From Patescibacteria group bacterium (GTDB lineage: Bacteria > Patescibacteriota > UBA1384 > XYA2-FULL-43-10 > 1-14-0-10-43-13), in contig JBAYVE010000005.1 of NCBI GenBank assembly GCA_041674765.1, positions 1,645 through 65,644 on the forward strand: DNA of 64,000 nt. The letters run 5' to 3'. This document shows positions 57,319-64,000 of this stretch, in pieces. A program made the position numbers and the translations under genes. Position 1 is the first letter of the stretch, and each line of letters opens with the position of its first letter. Below the pieces are notes generated by a model. The model worked only from the letters and a program-made list of their open reading frames with translations, was not told the origin of the DNA and did not search any database.

Positions 57319-57669
57319 ATGGAAAACGAAAAAGTTTACGATTTGAGAAAACGCTCATTTAATTTTTCTTTAGATATTATTGAATTCTTGAAATCTCTTC
57401 CAAATAATTATATTGATCAAGTCCTTTGTAAACAGCTTTTGCGTTGTGCAACAAGTATTGGGGCGAACATAATCGAAGCACAGGCAGCTCCAAGTAAAAA
57501 AGATTTCGCTAACTTTTATAACATTTCACTCAAATCAGCGAACGAGACAAAATATTGGCTGATGCTTATTGAAGAAAGTTCCATTGCTGATACGAGTCTA
57601 TTTTTAGTAGAAGCAGAGGAATTAGCCAAGATTTTAGCAAAAAGCTTATTAACAATGAGGGGAAAATAG
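57319..57669 (+). CDS. Four-helix-bundle protein (TIGR02436 family, paralog of 49835..50197)
   Basis: ...QLLRCATSIGANIIEAQAAPSKKDFANFYNISLKSANETKYWLMLI matches the same family. Starts 21 nt after the Phd-like gene. Confidence 0.7.
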   Translation: MENEKVYDLRKRSFNFSLDIIEFLKSLPNNYIDQVLCKQLLRCATSIGANIIEAQAAPSKKDFANFYNISLKSANETKYWLMLIEESSIADTSLFLVEAEELAKILAKSLLTMRGK

Positions 57670-57719
57670 TTTTTAATTATTACTTGTGGTTCTTCGTTAT
57701 TATTTTTTAGTTTTGACTT

Positions 57720-59120
57720 ATGAATAGGATTTATTTAGACAATGCAGCGACAACTAAGCCGGCGCCGGAAGTAATTGAGTTTATGGCGAAGGCCCAAGAA
57801 AAATATTGGGGCAATCCCTCCTCAATCCACACTTTTGGCCAGGAGGCTCGGAGAGTGGTTGACGATGCGAGAAGGCTCGTTAGCTTTTTCATTGGCTGCG
57901 AGCAGGAAGAGGTTATTTTTACATCAGGCGGAAGTGAGAGCGACAACCTGGCGATACGAGGCATCATTAGTTCTGTCATTCCAGCCCCCGATCAGGTCGA
58001 GGGTAAAACTCCGGCTGGAATCCAGACAAATAAGGAATTGGATTCCGGATCTCAAGCTACAGTCCGGAATGACACTATTTTAAAGCCGCATGTAATCACT
58101 TCCGCAGTCGAACATCATGCGGTGCTACATACAGTGCAGGAACTTGAAAAAGAGGGGAAGATCGAGGCTACTTATATCAAACCAGATGGCGAAGGATTGA
58201 TTACCCCAGAAATGGTGAAAGCTGCGATTCGAGACAACACAATATTGGTTTCCATCATTTATGTTAATAACGAAACTGGTGTTGTAACCCCTATTCGCGA
58301 GATTGGATTGATGCTGGAAGTTGAGAACAACAAGAGGTTAACAATAAACCCCACCCAACCTCCCCTTGAAAAGGGGCGGAGTAAAAGGATCTATTTCCAT
58401 ACCGATGCGGTGCAGGCGGCGGAATTCTTCGAGATTTCACCTGAATATTTGAAGGTAGATTTACTTTCTCTGACTGCTCATAAATTTCATGGACCTAGAG
58501 GAATCGGTGTTCTATATGTCAAGAAAGGGACTCCAGTCAAAGCGCAAATTACCGGTGGCGATCATGAATTTCGACTGCGAGCCGGGACGGAAAATACGCC
58601 GGCCATTGCAGGCCTCGCTAAAGCAGTTGATCTGATTTTGAAAGAACGAGATAATTCTATTAATACACCCCCTCTAAATCCCCCTCGAAAAGGGGGAGAA
58701 TATAAGGAGAACGGGGCGTTGCCAGAATTGATTATTTCAAATGAATGTTTGCGGCTATCAAATTTGCGGGACAAACTGATTCAAGGCATTGTTGAGCAAA
58801 TTCCTGATGCTTATTTAAATGGCAGTGAAATCAGACGAAGCCCTAATATTGTAAATATTAGTTTCTTCAATGCTGAAGGCGAGGCAATCGTCTTGAACCT
58901 AGATTTCATGGGTATTGCAGTTAGCTCTGGCTCGGCTTGCACCTCGAGATCTCTGGACCCCAGTCACGTTTTGTCAGCGATGGGCATTCCGCCGGAAAAG
59001 GCCCACGGCTCGATCCGTTTTTCGCTCAGCCGTGAGACAACAGAGGAAGAAATTGACAAAGTGCTGGAAGTGTTACCGGGAATCATCGATAAACTGCGAT
59101 TGATGTCGCCGTTTAACTAA
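57720..59120 (+). CDS. iscS: Cysteine desulfurase (IscS/NifS family)
   Basis: IYLDNAATT; SGGSESDNLA; LSLTAHKFHGPRGIG; active-site SSGSACTS. Three in-frame element insertions (~57985-58078, 58340-58385, 58663-58740). Confidence 0.85.
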   Translation: MNRIYLDNAATTKPAPEVIEFMAKAQEKYWGNPSSIHTFGQEARRVVDDARRLVSFFIGCEQEEVIFTSGGSESDNLAIRGIISSVIPAPDQVEGKTPAGIQTNKELDSGSQATVRNDTILKPHVITSAVEHHAVLHTVQELEKEGKIEATYIKPDGEGLITPEMVKAAIRDNTILVSIIYVNNETGVVTPIREIGLMLEVENNKRLTINPTQPPLEKGRSKRIYFHTDAVQAAEFFEISPEYLKVDLLSLTAHKFHGPRGIGVLYVKKGTPVKAQITGGDHEFRLRAGTENTPAIAGLAKAVDLILKERDNSINTPPLNPPRKGGEYKENGALPELIISNECLRLSNLRDKLIQGIVEQIPDAYLNGSEIRRSPNIVNISFFNAEGEAIVLNLDFMGIAVSSGSACTSRSLDPSHVLSAMGIPPEKAHGSIRFSLSRETTEEEIDKVLEVLPGIIDKLRLMSPFN

Positions 59121-59228
59121 ATTTCTAATTATTAATTTCTAATTTCTAATCAAATCCTAATGTCAATTCTCAAATGTTAAAAATTAGAGTTTTAAAATTG
59201 AATAAAAATTAAATAACAAATAAAAATT

Positions 59229-59708
59229 ATGAATGGATATACAAAAGAAGTGATGGATCATTTTATGAATCCTCGCAATATCGGGGAGATTGAAAATGCC
59301 GACGGGATCGGCGAAGTCGGTAATATGAAATGCGGCGATGTGATGTACGTTTATATTAAAATTGGTCGTCGGCCAATTTTAAGTCAAAAGTCAAAAGTCA
59401 AAAGTCAAAATGGCGGTAGCCTCTCCGAGGCTGGTCAAAAAGAGATAGGAAACTTACAAGAAGAATTTATTGAGGATATTAAATTCAAGACGCTCGGTTG
59501 CGCGGCGGCGATCGCTTCTTCCTCGATGATGACAGAGCTGGCCAAGGGTAAAAGTCTAGAGGAGGCGAAATTAATTTCCAGAGATGATATAAATGAAGCA
59601 TTGGGAATTTTGCCTCAGCAAAAATATCATTGTTCGATCCTGTCGGCAGAGGGAATACAGAAGGCAATAACTAACTTTGAGAATAACAAAAAAACAAAAA
59701 TCAAATAA
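59229..59708 (+). CDS. iscU: Fe-S cluster scaffold protein (IscU/NifU N-terminal domain)
   Basis: HFMNPRNIGEIENADGIGEVGNMKCGDVMYVYIKI ... KFKTLGCAAAIASSSMMTELAKGKSLEEA. In-frame AGTCAAA x4 repeat (SQKSKVKSQ) at ~59385-59412. Confidence 0.8.
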   Translation: MNGYTKEVMDHFMNPRNIGEIENADGIGEVGNMKCGDVMYVYIKIGRRPILSQKSKVKSQNGGSLSEAGQKEIGNLQEEFIEDIKFKTLGCAAAIASSSMMTELAKGKSLEEAKLISRDDINEALGILPQQKYHCSILSAEGIQKAITNFENNKKTKIK

Positions 59709-59797
59709 CAAATAATTTACAAAATTCAAATTCCAGTTGTTTGGTATTTAGAATTTGAGATTTATTTGAAGTTTGGTGCTTGATATTTGGAGTTTAA

Positions 59798-60673
59798 ATG
59801 GAAAATTTATTTGACGGTAGAAAAATCAGAGATGAGATTTTGGGCGAATTATCTAAAGAGATCAAACTAAGAGACAGAGCTCCTCACTTGGCTGTTTTTT
59901 TGATTGGCGAAAATCCGGTTTGCGAAAGCTATGTAGAGCTGAAGAAGAAACAGGCCGAGAAAATTGGCGTTACATTCAGTTTGTACCGATTTGATGACGA
60001 TGACAGTGAAGAAGGAATATTTGAGTGTATTGATTTCTTAAATAAGGATGAAGAAGTCGATGGCATTATGATTCAAATCCCCATATCAGAGAAATTTGAC
60101 CGCAACAAATTGATTGGAAAAATATCTCCAGCAAAGGATATCGATGGCCTTAGATATTGTCTTGGACTCGATTCCAATTTCAAGCCGCCGGTCGTTTTGG
60201 CAATTATGAAAGCACTCGAATTAAGTTCCACATTCCAAGAAACAGCAACAACCAATCAAACTCCAAACTTCAAAATAGAAAAATTGCAAAATAAAAAAAT
60301 TGTCCTCGTTGGTCATGGTTTTCTGGTAGGAGCGCCGTTAGCTAGGGCGCTGGAAGAGATTGGTGTTGAGCCAATTGTCGTTCTGAACGAAGTGAACAAT
60401 CTCAAAGAGAATGAGAGATCCTTCGCTGATGCTCAGGATGACATTGGAGGTGCTGATATAATTGTCTCTGCCACCGGCCAGCCCAATATTATCAAGGAAG
60501 AGATGGTCAAAGAGGGAGTTGTGTTAGTGGACGCCGGAACAGCGGAATTTAACGGCCAGCTTGTTGGTGATATCGAACCCGAAGCTTACAAGAAATCATC
60601 ATATTATACGCCAGTTCCAGGCGGTATTGGTCCGGTCACGGTGGCAATGTTGTTTAAAAATTTAATAAAGTAG
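59798..60673 (+). CDS. folD: Bifunctional methylenetetrahydrofolate dehydrogenase/cyclohydrolase
   Basis: LAVFLIGENPVCESYVELKKKQAEKIGV...; PAKDIDG; IVLVGHGFLVGAPLA; TPVPGGIGPVTVAMLFKN. In-frame insertions at ~60195-60300 and 60415-60455 (GATCCTTCG..CTCAGGATGACA giving RSFADAQDDIGG). Confidence 0.85.
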   Translation: MENLFDGRKIRDEILGELSKEIKLRDRAPHLAVFLIGENPVCESYVELKKKQAEKIGVTFSLYRFDDDDSEEGIFECIDFLNKDEEVDGIMIQIPISEKFDRNKLIGKISPAKDIDGLRYCLGLDSNFKPPVVLAIMKALELSSTFQETATTNQTPNFKIEKLQNKKIVLVGHGFLVGAPLARALEEIGVEPIVVLNEVNNLKENERSFADAQDDIGGADIIVSATGQPNIIKEEMVKEGVVLVDAGTAEFNGQLVGDIEPEAYKKSSYYTPVPGGIGPVTVAMLFKNLIK

Positions 60674-60831
60674 GACTTGTCTTCTCGACTCCAAGAACAC
60701 CGCTCGAAGAATAAAGTGGTTATACACCGCTTGAAGAACAGAGAGCGCAAACAAAAAAAGGCTTATGGGATAAGACAAGCAATCCTCATGGAATATATTG
60801 AATGATTATTGTTCGACCTTGTGGAGAACAA

Positions 60832-61101
60832 ATGGCCAATTGGCATTGGTATGTATATATTATCGAATGTCTTGATAAGACCTATTATACTGGGATGACT
60901 TGGAATGTAGCTAATCGGCTGGATCAGCATGTTTCTGGATTAGGTTCGAAATATACAGGGAAACACGGAGTTTCTAAGCTTGCTTATTATGAGGAATTTA
61001 ATGATTTGGAAATGGCTCGTAATAGGGAGAAGCAGTTAAAAGGCTGGAGTCAGGAAAAGAAAAGGAAGCTGATCTCCGGTGAATGGGGAAAAGAATGGTG
61101 A
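60832..61101 (+). CDS. Small GIY-YIG nuclease-domain protein (YhbQ-like), third paralog
   Basis: WYVYIIECLDKTYYTGMTWNVANRLDQH......LAYYEEF....ARNREKQLKGWSQEKK. Confidence 0.65.
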   Translation: MANWHWYVYIIECLDKTYYTGMTWNVANRLDQHVSGLGSKYTGKHGVSKLAYYEEFNDLEMARNREKQLKGWSQEKKRKLISGEWGKEW

Positions 61102-61121
61102 TTGTGTAAAGGATAAGGTCA

Positions 61122-61208
61122 TATTTATTCTTCGACTCCTCGGTCTTCGAGGTTGGAGAAGTACAAATACTGTTAGTTCTCCACCCGCAAGCACACGGAG
61201 TCGAACAA
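61122..61208 (+). repeat. ~85-nt structured element TTCTTCGACTCCTCGGTCTTCGAGGTTGGAGAAGTACAAATACTGTTAGTTCTCCACCCGCAAGCACACGGAGTCGAACAATAA; near-identical direct copy at 62446-62530; partial copies at 53925-53995, 2655-2695, 60680-60700
   Basis: The two copies differ at ~3 positions and flank mnmA. Internal hairpins are CCTCGGTCTTCGAGG and GGAGAAG...TTCTCC, with an outer pairing TTCGACTCC/GGAGTCGAA. Confidence 0.8.
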
Positions 61209-61262
61209 TAAAGACGAGACAAGAACACGAGTCGAAGAATAAAGAAACAACGCATCTTAATT

Positions 61263-62438
61263 ATGAAATCCAAAAATTCTACAATTAAAGTCGCGGTTGG
61301 TATGTCGGGTGGAGTGGACTCGTCTGTGTCGGCGATGCTTTTGAAAGAGGCTGGTTATGATGTAATCGGCGTATTTTTGAAATTCTGGTTTGACTCGACT
61401 TGCAATGGATCTCGGGAAAATGCCTGCTGCAATGATCAGGCGCTGATAGACGCACGGGCAGTCGCTGATAAAATCGGTATACCGCTCTATACTGTCGACG
61501 CCCGAGAGCCGTTCAAGAAAGAAGTGACCGACTATTTTGTTGATGAATACAAAAATTTGAGGACGCCAAATCCGTGTGTCGTTTGCAATAAGAAAATTAA
61601 ATTTGGCTGGTTTCTCGATTTTGCGGAGAAATTGGGCTGTGATTTTGTAGCCACGGGACACTACGCTCGAATTGCAAGGGGCAATTCGAGCAGTATTAAG
61701 GGATCAGTATTAAGTATTAAGCATAATACAGAATACAAAATACATAATACGGATACGCCCTTGTGGCTTTTGAAAGGCGTAGCTCCCGCCAAGGATCAAT
61801 CCTATTTTCTCTACCAGCTTGATCAACGTCAGCTTTCAAAAATACTTTTTCCTGTCGGCGAAATGACAAAGGTGGAGGTGCGAGCGCTAGCAAAGAAATA
61901 CGATTTACCGGTATTTGAAAAAGTAGAAAGCCAGGAAGTTTGTTTTATCCAAGATGAAGATTACCGCGGTTTTCTGCACCGTCATCTCGGCGAGAAGGCA
62001 TTTAAACCTGGAAACATCGTCGGCAAAGAGGGCAATATTATCGGTAAGCACGAAGGATTGATTAATTATACGATCGGACAGAGGCGAGGAATTGACCAGA
62101 GCCGAAAGCAAAAAGCCGAAAGCAAAAAGCCACTTTATGTCACCGGCTTTGACGTTGAGAAGAATGAACTTATCGTTGGGAATAATAAAGAGCTATTTAG
62201 AGATGAATTTACGATTGAAAAGGCATGTTTTAGTACTAAGTTCGAAGTTCTAAGTACTGAGAAAATGACAGTTAAAATCCGCTATCAGGCTGAGGCTGTC
62301 TCGTGTATTATTGAACCCATAATACATAATACAAAATACCTAATACGACTAAGCTCGCCCCAGCGTGCCATTACTCCCGGCCAGAGTGCGGTCTTTTATG
62401 ACAGTGATCGTGTTGTTGGCGGAGGAATCATTAGTTAG
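61263..62438 (+). CDS. mnmA: tRNA 2-thiouridine(34) synthase
   Basis: VAVGMSGGVDSSVSA (PP-loop SGGxDS); CNDQ; CVVCNKKIKF. In-frame microsatellite insertions at ~61690-61760 (SSIKGSVLSIKHNTEYKIHNTDTP), 62100-62132 (SRKQKAESKK) and 62315-62345 (IIHNTKYLIR). Confidence 0.85.
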   Translation: MKSKNSTIKVAVGMSGGVDSSVSAMLLKEAGYDVIGVFLKFWFDSTCNGSRENACCNDQALIDARAVADKIGIPLYTVDAREPFKKEVTDYFVDEYKNLRTPNPCVVCNKKIKFGWFLDFAEKLGCDFVATGHYARIARGNSSSIKGSVLSIKHNTEYKIHNTDTPLWLLKGVAPAKDQSYFLYQLDQRQLSKILFPVGEMTKVEVRALAKKYDLPVFEKVESQEVCFIQDEDYRGFLHRHLGEKAFKPGNIVGKEGNIIGKHEGLINYTIGQRRGIDQSRKQKAESKKPLYVTGFDVEKNELIVGNNKELFRDEFTIEKACFSTKFEVLSTEKMTVKIRYQAEAVSCIIEPIIHNTKYLIRLSSPQRAITPGQSAVFYDSDRVVGGGIIS

Positions 62439-62581
62439 AAGCCTATTCTTCGACTCCTCGGTCTCCGAGGTTGGAGAAGTGCAAATACTGTTAGTCCTCC
62501 ACCCGCAAGCACACGGAGTCGAACAATAATTGGCAAAAACTCATGATTTATCATTTTGGTCTTAAACATTATACTAGAGCT

Positions 62582-64000
62582 AATGAATCGAAATTTACTC
62601 GACAAATCTATTGCTGATTTTAGCGGCGTGGGTGAAAAAACGGCGGCGAAATTAGCGAAGCTTGGCCTTTTGACGGTTCGTGACCTTATTTTTTATTTCC
62701 CACGCAGATACGAGGACTACATGCACATCACGCCAATAGGAAAATTGGCGGATGTAATTTCTAATTCCAAATTTCTAAATTCCAATCAATTTTCAAATTC
62801 TAATTCTCAATTGACAAAAGGAGACGCTTTTACCATAAAAGGGGATTTGCTAGGCATAGCTAACAAAAAGACACGCAGACGCGGTTTTACGGTCACTGAG
62901 GGGGTAGTTACCGATGAGTCTGGCTCGATAAAGATAGTCTGGTTCAATCAGCCGTTTTTAGCGAAAATGCTGCAGCCTGGTAGCGAGCTAATTCTTTCCG
63001 GCAAGGTCAGTTTTGACTCATTTCAGCAAACTTATGTGATGGAATCGCCGACAAGATCAAACAGGCCCAGGATTATTCCTGTTTATGGCGAGACAGCCGG
63101 ACTGTCCAGTTTTTTTATCTCCAAATTATTTGCAAAGGCCAAAACAGCTGTTGCGGAGGTGGAAGAATGGTTGCCAGGAGAATTTACGTGTCATCCTGAA
63201 CTCGTTTCAGGATCCCAAAAAAAGGAATTGGATCCCCGGGTCACCGTTCGACCCCGAGCGGCTCAAGGTCGAGGGGAGCCCGAGGATGACACTATTTTAC
63301 TCAAAAGTTGTGTTGACAATAAGACTGATGGACCATCCGACTATCCGACCATCGGACTGAGTCTAATGCCTCTTCGGGAAGCCATTCTTGCGCTTCACGA
63401 GCCGAAAAGCACAGAGCAATTGGAGACGGCACGCCGACGTCTGGCCTTTGATGAACTATTTATGATCTCGCTTCGGGCCAATGTGGCGAAAGTTGAAAGC
63501 TCAAAGCTGAAAGCGAAAAGCATAAAGATTGATATTGAAGAAGTTAAAGATCTTATATCTAAATTACCGTTTGAGTTGACAGTTGATCAGAAGAAGGCAC
63601 TCTGGCAGATACTGAAAGATTTAGAGAAGGATGCGCCGATGAGCCGCCTTCTGAATGGTGATGTCGGGAGCGGAAAGACAGTTGTTGCGGCTATTGCGGC
63701 GTTCATCGCCAAGGCGGCCGGGCAAAAAACACTGCTGATGGTGCCGACTTCGATCTTGGCTAGTCAGCACTATGAGACATTCTGCAAACTATTTGAGAAT
63801 CATGAAGATATTACGATTGGTTTGAAAACGTCTGATCGAGCCTGTCATTCCGGACTTGATCCGGAATCCAGTAATAAGGAATTGGATCCTGAATGGACGA
63901 CTGCGTCGGTTCAGGATGACATTATAAGAATCAAAAATCCAAAAAAGCATAATACCAAATACCAAATACCTAATACGGACATAATCATCGGCACTCAAGC
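62582..64000 (+). CDS. recG: ATP-dependent DNA helicase RecG (5' partial; runs off window end)
   Basis: FYFPRRYEDY (RecG wedge region), Walker A GDVGSGKTVVA, ...IIIGTQ (motif II region). Frame verified by hand across 1.4 kb. At least 5 in-frame repeat insertions (62755-62815, 63225-63300, 63490-63525, 63850-63930, 63940-63975). Not in the ORF track, probably because no stop codon lies in the window. Confidence 0.75.

Noticed and set aside
63085-63360. 91-aa ORF from the six-frame track
   Set aside because: It is out of frame with, and entirely inside, the hand-verified recG reading frame (62582..64000), and is composed of repeat-element sequence.
1-64000. rRNA genes or 23S intervening sequences to explain the four-helix-bundle ('23S IVS protein') genes
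   Set aside because: No stretch of the window resembles conserved 16S/23S/5S segments. Both 4HB genes are flanked by ordinary protein-coding genes.

Overview
This 64 kb window is an AT-biased bacterial chromosome segment, with about 43-47% GC in coding sequence and very AT-rich intergenic DNA. The type IV pilus genes, standalone GIY-YIG genes and four-helix-bundle genes suggest a small-genome uncultivated lineage (possibly CPR/Patescibacteria-like), but that is inference only.

The window carries compact housekeeping genes: gltX, dnaX, dnaB, uvrD/pcrA, ksgA, rsmI, metG, iscS, iscU, folD, mnmA, tatD, purC and a 5' partial recG. There are two tRNAs, tRNA-Gln(CUG) on + and tRNA-Glu(CUC) on -, and no rRNA. 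Type IV pilus components are present: a GspE/PilB ATPase, a PilX-like minor pilin, a prepilin and a CheY-like receiver.

The most conspicuous property is the density of short interspersed repeats. There are 7-mer microsatellite arrays (AGTATTA/TAATACA, TTTCCAA/TTTCTAA, AAAGCNA, CAATTAC, CTTTATA) and at least five families of 40-90 nt palindromic elements. Many of these sit in frame inside essential genes (metG, iscS, ksgA, uvrD, rsmI, folD, mnmA, recG, iscU, gltX and the radical SAM gene), which recalls Rickettsia palindromic elements.

Other notable content is listed below.
- uvrD carries a 361-aa intein.
- There are two unusual domain fusions: an HU-like DNA-binding domain on the N-terminus of the GspE/PilB ATPase, and a HypC-like domain on a HydE/BioB-like radical SAM enzyme.
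- Candidate toxin-antitoxin modules include an HTH+Panacea-domain protein with a RelE/HigB-like protein, and a Phd/YefM-like protein with a four-helix-bundle protein.
- There are three small GIY-YIG genes; one is inserted at the 5' end of tRNA-Gln and flanked by a 22-bp duplication.
- Several unexplained noncoding regions are flagged as candidate RNAs.
- A foreign island of about 8.4 kb at roughly 39.5-47.9 kb has 62% GC. It holds hypothetical genes including a DEAH helicase, has no recombinase, carries internally duplicated AT-rich regulatory elements, and is flanked by host-type repeats.
- A second, milder GC-shifted block encodes a vWA-lipoprotein and membrane-protein pair.

All coordinates were read by eye and may be off by a few nucleotides.
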